In this document: one piece after another, positions 12,335 through 24,399 of the stretch | Position numbering within the stretch: the stretch's first letter is position 1 | Layout: each line of letters begins with the position of its first letter | Made by a program: the position numbers and the translations under genes | Assembly (NCBI RefSeq): GCF_018977255.1 | Contig: NW_024704742.1 | Span: 114,764,001 to 114,828,000, forward strand | DNA length: 64,000 nt | Direction: 5' to 3' | From: Callorhinchus milii | Taxonomy: Eukaryota | The notes under the pieces: model-generated | Databases searched by the model: none | The model's input: only the letters and a program-made list of their open reading frames with translations | What the model was told of the DNA's origin: nothing

Positions 12335-14419
12335 CTAGGAGAAGAGCACAGAGGTGAATGCAAATCAGCACAAATGTCCCTTCTAATATAGTTCAGCATT
12401 ATGAGACGATACCCCAAGTAAACATTTATACATATACGCCAACACATACTCTGGGTCCCCAAGCATTGGCTCTTGCCAACCAGTGCTAAATACTCACCGG
12501 AATTAGGTAGGCAGGATGCATCCCTCCAGGGAGAGAGTTTGCATTCCATTCCAATAATCTATCGGTGGAATTTCCATGTGTAGGTGGGATACATGGAATT
12601 CTCAATTCGGTTTGGATACTCCTAAGCATGGTGATGGGTTTCCATATGTGTCAGACACCCAGATACCCCACCGAAAAAAACATATTCATACATATATAAA
12701 TGCAGATTGTTTTTGTTGTCATGGGATAGAATTACATGAGGTAAAGGGAGAAGGGAATAGAGGGGTATAGGAGAAGGCATTAATAGGGGTGGAGGCTCGT
12801 GTGCAGTATAAACACTAGCACAGACTAGTTGGGCTGAATGACCCGTTTCTGTGTCAAATCATTCTATGTCATTTTATGCAAATTCCATCAGGGTTTAGAT
12901 TTATTCTATTGTCTTAGCATTTCAGAGCATCCAGAATTTCTTAATTATCAATCCGGTTTTCTGTAAGTTTCTTTTAATTAACACTGAATTCACCAATTTG
13001 CCAAATTCTGGACACTCGGAAATACTAAGTCATTGGAGTAAATTTACTGACTAATACCAAGACAGAATTTAAGATTCAGTAGTTTCAAAACCAGTCTTGC
13101 AAACTGGTGTATGAAATATTTTGTGCTACAAAAGTCAACTGAATATTTACAGTATATACAGAATATACTGTAAAGTGAATTGACTGTATATTTCGCCCAC
13201 AAATATACAATCACTTTACAGTATATTCTGTGAAGCGCTTTGAGACGTCTAGAAGACGTGAAAAGCGCTATATCAAATGCAAGGATTATTATTATTAACT
13301 GTGATTTGAGATGTAAAAATGCCACAGTTTGTACACAAAGTGTACAAAAAAATGTGCCCAAACTGTGGAATTTCTGAACACATTCCAGGCCAAAATTCCA
13401 CCTGGTTTTAGCCTGTTTAGACCATTTTAATTTAGACCATTAATATCACACAGTATTGTGAAAAACTTGTGTTAAACTCAGTGTTAATTTGGAAGCTGTT
13501 TTTCCGCAATTCTTATAAATAACTTCATAAACTAAATTAGGACTGAAATTAAGGATCTGCCACGATTGGATAGACACTTAATTTTTTTTCTAATGACATG
13601 TGAAAGAACAACCTGTGACTGGAATTCAGCTTTGTTGAATATCTGAATATCTCTCTGCTTAACCATTTCATTCCTCCTGTACTGTTATTGGATAGTCAAT
13701 ATTGGGATCTATTTTGTATAATCTATATAATAAATATGTAATATATATATATGTATATAAATGTTTAATAACACTATATGCAGAGATATATCAATCCTAT
13801 GGTCACCTTACTCTCTTTTCTCCCTGGATTGGCGTCAAACTATGTCATTTTTAAGTGTTCTGAGATGCTACCCCACATGAAGAGCATTATATAGTTCAAG
13901 ATGTTGTATTGTTGATTTCAGTCTTTTTTGAAGGCCCCACAAGCTGCCATATTTGTAGTTTGTGGATGCCATTGTGTAGGTCTCACTTGCCCAAGTGAAT
14001 GCTTTATGTTAGGCCTTGCTTGCCTTAGTGGCTGCATTATGTTAAGCCTTACTTTGATGCATGGATACACAGAATATCAGCTTATACTTTTACAGTATCA
14101 CAAGCCATTCCTGAAGTCTGTTTTCCTGAGGATTTTGTTTGCGTGGTGACTGGATTAAACAAGCATTCCCCACCCACTCACTTGGAGATAATTTTGAAAT
14201 AACAAGAGCAACTGTGTAGTTATGTTGACAATAGAACTTTTGGTACAATTAACTTAAGCTGCAAAGGCGTTTTAGATGTTTCTTTCCTTGGTTCATTTGT
14301 AGTCTTCAACTAGTTGAAACCCACAATTCTGACATTGTCAGCAATGAAATATTAGTCCACAGATTAAACTGTTCATAAACCTTGCCATCTAATAGATTTA
14401 TCATATACAATATAATAAT

Positions 14420-14830
14420 CTTTGGACCATTCATGTCAGGAGGATGTCTCAAAGAGCATCACAAAATATTACTGTACAGTGTCGTGACTGTGTTTGTGAG
14501 CAACATAGCAGCCAATTTATGCACAGCAATGTCCCACAAACAGCCATGAAATGAATGACCAATTTTATTTGGGGTTGGTTTTGGCCATTGCAGTGGGAGA
14601 ATCTCCCTTCTCTTTTCAAGTGCCAATGGGATCTTTAATATCCACCTGAACAGCCAGACGGGGCGTCAGCTTAACCTCTCATCCAAAGAATGACACCACT
14701 GACAATATAAAAACTCCCCCCAGCAATGTTTTAAAGTGTCAACCTAGACTGTGAGTTCAAAGTCCTAATATGGGGCTTGAACCAATAACCTTCTAGCTCA
14801 GAGGTAAGAGTGCTACCAACTGATCCAGCA
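14420..14830 (-). mobile_element. Older Deu-core SINE copy (others near 18925-19290, 29690-29995, 32190-32570, 43820-44200, 45090-45690, 51930-52300, 63600-63950)
   Basis: Same motifs: gggcttgaacc, gagtgctaccaactga, gggatctttaa, aatgtcccacaaacagcc. Confidence 0.75.
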
Positions 14831-16267
14831 AAGTTGCCACCTGCTTTAAACACATCTCAAAGATTTCAAGCATGTAAAACAAGGGAGCCTGACCATACTC
14901 CCAGTGGGACAGCTCATTGAAAACTTTGTTTCATTTCCTTAAAGGAAAAGGAGAGTCTCGAGGGAATACTGTAGTGAAAGTACAATACTCCCCGAACTTC
15001 CATAGAAAATGAAATTCACATCAAATTAATTTCTACCTTCAATAAAATATCTCGAAATGTGAAGATCGCTGACAGAGAGCTGCTGGAATTGCTGTATTTA
15101 CTGTAAGAGAGGGAGCTTCGCATAAGCCTGGCAGCCCACTGAAAATGCACAATTAAGGTTTAATACTCCCCCCTGGGTTTTCCTTGCCCTTTAAGTTTTT
15201 TGCTTAAACTTCTTTGACAGTGATTTTGTTTGTTCATATCTTGAAATTCCCATCTCTGGTGGCTGTGGGGCTGTTTCTGTCACTTTTTAATGAATTACAC
15301 TCAGGAGATACATACAGAAAACATTGTCTCTGCATTACAATGCTTTAAAACTACAAAGTTGTCACCTCAGTAACTTTAGTCCACCAGCCCTGCAGTAAAA
15401 TTTGAGATATTCCTAAACTTGTTTTGTTTGTTATCTAAGGAATGATTTAGGATCACTAGCAGGTAGCGCCATTCTCCTAATAGTTGGTTTGATCCACTTA
15501 GCCACCACTAGTGCCACCATTTTTTTTACCCTGAAGTGATAATTTTATTCTATAAATTTTAGACTCAACATTGGCATCTAAAATACAAAGCAACATTTTT
15601 GCCACTTACCCGTAGACTGGGGTAAGTGGAGTAACCTCATGGTTCATAAAAGCTTTCCTTAGATTCACTACAAAACAAGTTTAGGAAATCCACAAATTGT
15701 ACCCCACTCCCTCACTAACTCAAAGTGGTCCTCCTGACATTAGATACACTATACCAGTGTCGGCCAAGCCTTTTGGTCATCCAAACAAATAATTTTTCTT
15801 TATTGGATTTGTCTTCATTTATGGCCGTGCCATGGGTATTGTGGCTTTGTAGCTTCTGGAAACACAGCAATGATTTGGCACGGACTTACCTGCACTGGTG
15901 CAAGTGTTTGGTGGGCCATATCGTGAGGCTATGTTGCACTAGTGTAATGTAGGGCCTCAAGCCACTTTTGGGGTACCTGTGATACCTTCATAAAGTGTAA
16001 CTCTACATTTTGACATTTAGCTTCAATAAATAAACGTAACTCAAGGCTAAATCTTACAAAACATGAGCAGAGGTTATCAGTGTCTAGGCTAACATGTATA
16101 ATAATCAAGCCTACTCTTCAACAGATATGTAATCAGCTCCTTTTTATAGGAGTGAATCAACCATAAGATTAATTGATTTCAGACAAAATGCATCTCTTGC
16201 ACTTAGACTCGGTTCAGTCCAAGGCCACACAGAGCAGTTAGCTGATGAGGATGTCATGCATGCTAGC

Positions 16268-16472
16268 ATATGCCTGAAAGGGTGGTGGAAGCCGATTCGA
16301 TAACAACTTTTAAGAGAGAAGTAGATACTTATTTGGGGAGGACAAATTTGCAGGGTTATGGGGAGAGTGTGGGGGAGTGGGATTGATTTGGATAGCTCTT
16401 TTCAAAGAGCCAGCACAGACACGATGGGCCGAATGGCCTCCTTCTGTGCTGCATAATTCTATGATTCTATGA
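16268..16472 (+). mobile_element. CR1 3' end (others near 4030, 6330, 12730, 27060, 29165, 59075)
   Basis: gatgggccgaatggcctccttctgtgctg...ttctatgattctatga. Confidence 0.85.
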
Positions 16473-16805
16473 TATATCATCCACAACACGTGAAAGATGT
16501 GGCAAGTTGTCAGCTCTCTGCAGTATCATGACTGGGCCAGCACCACAAGATTTCCTGATGCTATTTATGCAACAAGAGAAGAGCTGGTGCACTGCACATC
16601 ATTAGTCAGGAGCCATGTTTTAGTGTGGTAGTTGGGATCCATAAAATCCCACCCAGTGTTAAAACACTGTTAAAACAGCCTCTCTACCTTCACTGCTCAT
16701 GCACTTGCCTACAAATACAGTTACTACACTTTATAGTAAGTTTCTGTAAAATATAAATCAAATGCTAGTATTATTAATATATGAGCAGAAAGACAAATCA
16801 CCGCT

Positions 16806-16938
16806 AGCATGGGGAAACCAAAACGGCTGACTTTTGGGCCATTAGATCGCTGCTGATATCACTTCCTGTGCACTGCATATGTGCTACATGCAGGAGGTGA
16901 TGTCAGTGTTCGACCTGATGATTTTAGCTTTCCCTGCT
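16806..16938. mobile_element. Shorter copy of the same palindromic element
   Basis: Shares ggctgactt and cacttcctgtgcactg; arms ctgatatcacttcctg...caggaggtgatgtcag. Confidence 0.6.
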
Positions 16939-17621
16939 TTGACGTGCCAATGGAGTGGGCCTACTCATTTGGAATATTTGGGTAAGTAAATGTTTGGATC
17001 CATACCCCAACTATGCAAAAAGTGAACCTGCTTAAAAATGAAACACTTTGTAACAAGGTTTTACAGTATTTGAAAACAATCAAAAGGATCCCTCCAATGC
17101 TCCTCTCACTCACAACTCTTATCTCACCACCTCCACTGCTGCAGGAGCTCAAATCCATTCTTCTGTCAATTTGAGCAATGATTTCTCTAATGCATTCCTA
17201 GCTCCACCTTCATAAACCTAACTTTATCCAGAACGGCCTGGGACTCTGATAATACCTATCAAATAACCCATATAGGTTGGCACTCTGGAGGTGGAGGCAG
17301 AGCAAGTTTGGGGGGTGGTGGGCAGAGATGACCAAAGGCCCAGTCAAAGAGGAAGATTTTGAGAAGAAAGAAGAAGTGAGGGAGTTGGAGGGACTCCGGG
17401 AAAGAGTTCCAGAGATTGGGGGTCAGTTTCAGATGTGAAAGCAGGACCACCTATAGTGTAATAGATGTGGAACCCTAGGTGTTGCCATAGTCAGTACAAT
17501 AGATAATTTGCTGCCAATTCTACTTCAGAATATGTGTCAAGATATACCATTTATGTGAAGGGACAAATTGCACTCTTTGCAGCAGATAGTTCCCAGGCTA
17601 CCATCCTGAGAGCCAGGATGA

Positions 17622-17800
17622 TAATAATAATAATAATGATTCTTGCATTTGATGTAGCGTCTTATCACATCTTCGAGACGTCTCAAAGCGTTTCACAGAA
17701 TATACTGTAAAGTGAATTGACTGTATACTTAGAGGGCGAAACACAGAGCCATTTGCGCACAGCAGTGTCCCACAAACAGTCATGAATTGAGTGACCAATT
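17622..17800 (-). mobile_element. SINE core+tail fragment (one of many; others near 2025, 8195, 11050, 13195, 25770, 48626, 53110, 60055)
   Basis: Shared tail aagcgcttcacagaatatactgtaaagtgaattgactgta. Confidence 0.85.
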
Positions 17801-19567
17801 TATCATTTTAATATTTATTAGGATAAGGACGGGTAATATTCTTTCATTTGATGTGTCTGAATAAGGACACCTCAAACAGGCCTGTGGCACGCATTTAACT
17901 TCCATTCAATAATAGCGTATTATCATATAGTTGACACATTATTACAGTATTCTATTATGTGATTTGAAATTTCCCTACTAAATATTTTCTGATGAGTGTT
18001 ATGCACCAATGTCTGGGAGCCATATCTGAACTGCAGTTTCACTGGCTGTGCCAGGTTCACAGTGTTTTGGCTTTAGCGGAGATTTTGTTTCACTCTTTTA
18101 GCCACCAGTTGCTTTGAATATGTTGTGTTGTTCCTTCAGGTGGCTTTGGGCCTCTCCAATGAAAAGAAAGCTCAAACAGTGAGGGACTGAGGTCGGAATA
18201 ATCAGCACACAGATGGTAGTATTTTGATTGCTTTGAGCAGTGTGTGATAAAGCGAGTAAGCATTCAGGATGGATAGATAGCCAGATGCATTCAGCTCCAC
18301 ACCATCCTGTTTACATCCTGAAGCTTCATCTACTGAGTGGAACTATTTGCATATCCAGTGCAGCCTGATGCCTGCTGGGCACATTTCAGAGGGATGTACA
18401 GCTTTGATATTCATGAACTCATTGGAACCTAACAAACTAAATCACCTCATCTGTCCAATGATCTTTTTATATGTGGCTGGGCCTGTGAGGTGATGAATTG
18501 ATATAATTGCTGCAGCAAGCACCAGAGAAATGCTGGCGTTTTTGCTACTTGCCCCACTGTTTTAATGCTTCCATCGTTCAATCCCTTCAGTGATTGTGAA
18601 ATTCCATCTCGTTCTAGACTCTAACCTTTCAGAGTATGCAAATTTTCAACAATTCTAAACTTTACACTGAAAGTCTTAAAAGAACCTATGGAAAATCAGC
18701 CTCAAAATAAGTCTGAATTTAAGAAATATCCAACATTTTCATGCTCTAAAATAATGGGGAGAAATCCATCTGGGACATAGGGCAAATTGTTGATAAGAGT
18801 CTTAATTTTGAAATCAGTGTCCTGCAATTCTTCAAAGAACTCAGAAACCGGCTTGAAAATTAGGGCCAGTTTTAAGATTTGGCCAAATTCTGATTGTTGT
18901 AAAATGCTCCTTGAATAGAATAATAATAATCCTTGTATTTGATATTGTGCCTTATCACGTTATCAAGAATGTATGAAAGTGCTTCACAGGATTTTACTAT
19001 GTAATGAATATATTTCTGTAGGCAATTGGGGCAGCCAATTTTGCTCAAAGCAATGTCCTACAAACAGCCATGAAGTGGATTTTAAGTGAACTTGGAGGAT
19101 TGTTGGCAGGACAGCAGGCGAAATTCCCTTCTAATTTCGAGTAATGCCATGGGATCTTTAAAGTCCTCCTGAATGAGCAGACAGGACCACGGTTTAACAT
19201 TTCATCTGAAGGACTCCATCTCCAACAACGCTGCACATCCCAGCACTGCGCTGGCGTTTCCCCCTAGTCTGTGAGTCTGTAAACTCAAAGGCCCGACATG
19301 GGTTGGTGTTTCTGACTCATTTGAAGTGCTTCTATAAGCAGTTTGCATTTCAATGATGAAGTGAAAGTACAACACTTTAACAAATGGCTAAGTTTGGAAT
19401 GAAAATCAAATGTCACTCCTATTATTATAAATAGCTTAAGACAGAAAGTAACATTCACTGACAGCTTCTATCTGCTGTTTGTCTACAAGTTGGAAGTAAT
19501 CCATCAGCTCGTAATGCTCACTATGATCAAAACATTGTGGTTCCAGAGAAACTGTAAGTTGTATGTT

Positions 19568-19871
19568 AATAATAATAATAATAATCCTTGCATTTGATAT
19601 AGCGCTTTTCACGTCGGGAGGACGTCCCAAAGCCAAAGTGAATTGACTGTATATTTGTGGGCGAACGCGGCAGCCAATTGCGCACAGCAATGTCCCACAA
19701 ACAGTCGTAGATTGAAAATGACCAATTTATTATTGTTTTGGTTTTGGAGGGATTATTATTAGGCGTGTGGAGTAAGGAAACTTGTCCAAGGTTTCGCCCT
19801 GCCTGGAATTGAACTCAGGTCTCTCGCTTGCAAAGCGAGTGCTCCAACCACTGAGCTACAGGACTCCACAA
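19568..19871 (-). mobile_element. Full-length tRNA-derived SINE, same family
   Basis: Head ...accactgagctacaggactccacaa; (aat)n tail at left; short deletion near the tail. Confidence 0.92.
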
Positions 19872-20385
19872 ATTGTTATTCAGGACTCTGCAGCTCGTAT
19901 CCTCTACCGCACCAGTCTCTGCGAACCTATCACCCCCGTTCTTGCCTGGCTTCACTGGCTCGCCATCCCTCAGAGAACAAAACCATCTTTCACACATTCA
20001 AAGCCCTCCATGGTCTTGCTCCCCCCTACCTCTCCAACCTCCTAACCTCATATCAGCCTGTCCGCTCCCTCCACTCGGCGGACACCGGCATGCTTCAGGT
20101 CCCCCGCACTTCCTGCCCCAGCATTGGCGGTCAGGCATTCAGTATCTCTGTCCCCACAATCTGGAACTCTATCCCCCAATCCCTCTTGCCTCCTTCAAGT
20201 CCTATCTAAAGACCTCCCATTTCAACCGTGCCTTCGTCCACCCTTCCACCCGCACCCCCACTTCCCTCCACCCCTCCTGACTCCAACTCCTAGTTCATGT
20301 CCAAAAACCCTTGACTGTCCAGAACCCTAGGATGTCTTTCCGACGTGAAAGGCGCTGTACAAGTGTAATTTTTTGTTGTTGTTGT
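19872..20385 (+). mobile_element. L2 3' fragment
   Basis: IQDSAARIL..PITPVLAWLHWL; tail cgacgtgaaaggcgctg...ttgttgttg. Confidence 0.88.
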
Positions 20386-20833
20386 ATAGTATCTTTTGTC
20401 TACCCTGCTCAATTTCCAACACAGAGAAGAAACACGAGTTGACAGACTTTATGAGCGAGTCAATCACCATTGGTGAGATTTCAACAGATTGGAAACAAAC
20501 AAATGTAGTTCAAATATTTTTTTGAAAAAAAGGTGACATCCATACCTGGCAACTACAGACCCATTAGCCTGACCTCAATAATTGAAAAATGATGGGAGTC
20601 AATTATCAGAAGAATATTTAGTGGGAATATAGCCATTGGTATTTTCACGGACTTATTATTATTATCCTTGCTTTTGATATAGTGCTTTTCACGTCTTCTA
20701 AACGTCTCTAAGCACTTCACAGAAAAGACTGTAAAGTTAATTGACTGTTACTTTTATTATAATATATAATATTATAATGCAGGATCCAATTTTATAAACC
20801 CAAAACCCGGTCATACAATGGGGTTTCTCTGTA

Positions 20834-21185
20834 TTGTGGAGTCCTGTAGCTCAGTGGTTAGAGCACTCGCCTCACAAGCGAGAAATGTGGTTTCGATTCC
20901 CGGCAGGGCGAAATGTTTGGCAAGTTTCCTTACTCCACACGCCTCTGTATAGGTAAGTAGGACCCCAGTTGTTAGTCGATTGGCGGATCGCTTTTCCGGG
21001 GATAATAATTCCTTCAAAAATAAATAAAATAATAAATTGGTCACTCATCCATGATTATTTGTGGGACACTGCTGTGCAAAATTGGTTGCCACCTTTCACC
21101 CACAAAATATACAGTCAATTTACTTTACAGTATATCCTGTGAAGGGCTTTGAGATATCTCGAAAACTTGTTGAGGCGCTATATCA
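20834..21185 (+). mobile_element. Full-length tRNA-derived SINE, longer subfamily
   Basis: Same head; B box ggtttcgattcc; extra internal segment at about 20941-21005. Confidence 0.9.
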
Positions 21186-21915
21186 CATCTAGGCTCGACT
21201 ACGCCAACTACCCGCTTGTCAGCTTTCCCAATTCTTCCCTCCACAAGATGCAGATTATCCAAAGCTCTCCAGGTTGTGTACTCTCCCGCACCAGGCTCTG
21301 TGACCCCCATTACCCCCACCCTCGCCCAGCACCACTGGCTCCCCATCCACCAGAGGACAGAGTTCAAAATCCACGTTCTCGCCTTCAAGGCCCTCCACAG
21401 CCTTGCTCCTTCCTATCTCTGTAAGTGCTGACCCCATATCAACCTGTCCGGTCCATCTGCTCAGCAGACCACAGCCTATTCCACGTCCCCCGCCCAGCCC
21501 GCCCCACCATCGGCGGTTGGGCCTTCAGTCTTTCTGACCCCACCCTTTGGAATTCCATCCCACATTCCCTTCACCTCATTCCCCCTCTTGCCTCCTTCCA
21601 GGCGCGTCTCCTCGCTCCTCCTCCTACCCCCTCCTTGCTCCCTCCCTTCCATCCCCTCACCCTGACCATTTCCCCCTGCTCGGGTCCCAACCCAACTGTC
21701 CAGCGCCTTGGGACATCCTCCCGACGTGAAAGGCACTCTCTAAATGGAATCTTGTTGTTGTTGTCTCGAAACCCTTGTCTTTGACCAAGCCTTTGGCCAC
21801 CCTCCTATCCTCCCCAATCCTAACTCTCAGCTCGGGCCCAAATCCCTGACTGGCCAGCACTTTGTGACGTCCTCCCAATGTGAAAGGGGCTATACAATGT
21901 AGTTTGGTATTGTAT
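21186..21915 (+). mobile_element. L2 3' fragment followed by a second tail remnant
   Basis: [27 protein letters not shown]; tail ending ttgttgttg at about 21763; second tail to about 21915. Confidence 0.9.
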
Positions 21916-23099
21916 ATCAAATCCAAGGATTATTCTTATTGTTATGTCTTACATCAGTTACAAGCTTTTTATAAAAGCACCATTACCAGTCACTGAGTTG
22001 TGATGTATTAAAGTTATAAATAGGAAACTTAGCAACTCTCTACTTATTTCAGGTAAAACTTACTAGAGTCTCAATTTTTTGTAAAAAATAAAATGATGTC
22101 TAAGTCTTTTCAACGTTATCTGTTTGCAGTGCATTCTGTGAAGCGCTTTGGAATGTACTCCTGACGTGAAGGGTGCTGAAGCAAATGTAACAATTATTAT
22201 TATTGTTATATGTATTAATCAGAACTATTTCTACCATGTCTGTGGTATCCACCATCAACATAGTCTATGCTTTTCTAAAGAGATATGTATACACATGGTC
22301 TTGATAATAAAATAATGCTTAAGACACGTTGGATATCTCTGGCCTTTCCGTGGCCGGATGTGGGTACCGTATCCAGAAAAAACATGTTCTCATGCCTCAC
22401 AGAGATTTTCTATGTAAAATTAACACTTTATTTCCTATAACTCCCTAAATAAATGTTTGGAACATAATTTCAACCTCTTTGCTGCAGGGAATTCCTTGAC
22501 ATGCTGCAAGGAATTATTGGAAGCAAGAGAATGACTTGGCCATGCCAAGATAAAGGTAAAGGTCATAAAAACACTGTCAAAAAGCATCCTCAGTGTTGCA
22601 GAGAGCACCAGCGCTGTATTGCAAGAGACCGTTTATGAATAAATCATGGAGACACTTTTTGAGTTAACTTTGCTCAGCATGTTGCACAGCAGGCTACAGA
22701 TGTGCTTCTCAACAATTTAGTATATTTCTTCCCTTCACATTTTGGAAACAACAACTTTTATTAATCTTATAATAATCTTTACATTTCATATAGTGCTCAG
22801 AGGTGCTATCCGCATGATGAGCACTATATAAATGCAAGTTGATGCTGTCTCAGGCATTTTTTTTCTAAGTTGTAAATTGCATAATTTCATCAAGGCCAAC
22901 TTATCATATTGTCGATAGGTCTTAAAGCACTTCAGGGGATATTACTATGAAGTGTAGCAACAGTGTATTTGTAGGTCACTTGCACTTACGTTGCACCTTT
23001 CATGCTGGAGGAATGTTTGTATTGAGCAAAGACATGGCCAAAGAGATATCATTTTAACAGGAGGCAGAGAGAAAAGGCACATGGTCAAAAGGATTTGGG

Positions 23100-23760
23100 G
23101 AGAGAATGAGAGCATATGGGGGGGGAGGGGAGGGCAGAGAAAATGATCAAGCAATAGACTGAGTGGAGGGTGCAGAGAGGAGAATAGAGCTAGAGGATTC
23201 ACAGAGTACATGCTAGGGCAAGATTGTGAAGATATTTGAAGGTCAGGTCAAGGATCCTAAAGTTAATCTGCTGGAGCAATAACATGTGAAGTCTAGTGTG
23301 GGACAACATATACTGCAGAGTTAGTATGAGGAGGTGCTCATGGAGCATGGAACTAGGGAGGCCAGCAAGAAGAAAGCTAGGCTTGAGGTAATAAAAGCCT
23401 GGATGAAGATTTTGGCTGCAGGGGAGGTGAGATAAGGATGTAAAGCATACAATGATTCAGAAATGGAAGAAGAAAGTCAGGATTTGAAACAGTCCTGGGT
23501 GTCAACCAAAATGTCAAGGTTATGCACTGGCTCTGTCAGTTGGATCAAGCAGCCAGAAAGGTTGATGGAATTGGAGCCAGAGGCAAAGAATCTCCAGCAA
23601 GAGACGCACAAAATGTCTTTTCTTTTGTTAACATTTAGCTGAGAAAGTTAAGACTCATCTAGGACTTGAAATGTGCCAGGCAAGTGGTCACAACAGAGCT
23701 AAAATTCAAGGTAGAAGCACAGAGGTAGAGCTGCAAGTCATCAGCATACATACAGAAATT
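23100..23760 (-). mobile_element. Highly decayed L2 fragment
   Basis: agctgcaagtcatcagcataca (YADD on - strand); acatttagctgagaaagtt (NF.QLN remnant). Confidence 0.65.
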
Positions 23761-24194
23761 GACTCCAAACCATCAGAGTATGTCACCGAAGGGAAGTATA
23801 AGAAGAAATAGGAGAAGACTAAAGGTTTAATGTTAGTGTACAATGCAGGTGACTGTACAGGATTGGAAAGAGAAACGATTAAAGAAAATATTGTGAAGAC
23901 TTCAGATGGAAACTGAAAACTCGTGAATCTGTATGACATACGTAGGATTCTCTGCTTAAAACAGAACTTTGACAGCAATGTACTTTTTCTGGTTGCCAGG
24001 TAGCAAGAATCTTACTGCTTGATCTTTTTCAATTCCTCTGATTCTTCTTTCCCAGTCTTAATGCTTTGTATAGGACAACCTTGTGATAGTACAACTCACA
24101 ATTATGCAGGTTCAATTATAGTGTGATTCGGTTGTGGACCCACACATTTTCTGAACTGAATATTGATATTGTGCCATTCAAATCCTGTCATTGC

Positions 24195-24399
24195 GATAAA
24201 ATGGCTGACTTCAGAGTGTCAGGTCATCACTAACACATGCCACGCAGAAAGTAGCACTGACACACTTCCTGTGCACTGGTGATGCATGCTATGACCAGAA
24301 AGCATCACTTACATTACTTCCTGCCCTTATCGAGCACGTGCAGTGTACAAGAAGTGACATTAGTGGCAATCAGATGGCCTGGAAGTCAGCTATTTTATC
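24195..24399. mobile_element. Palindromic MITE-like element
   Basis: gataaaatggctgacttc...gaagtcagctattttatc; inner arms cacttcctgtgcactg...cagtgtacaagaagtg. Confidence 0.65.
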
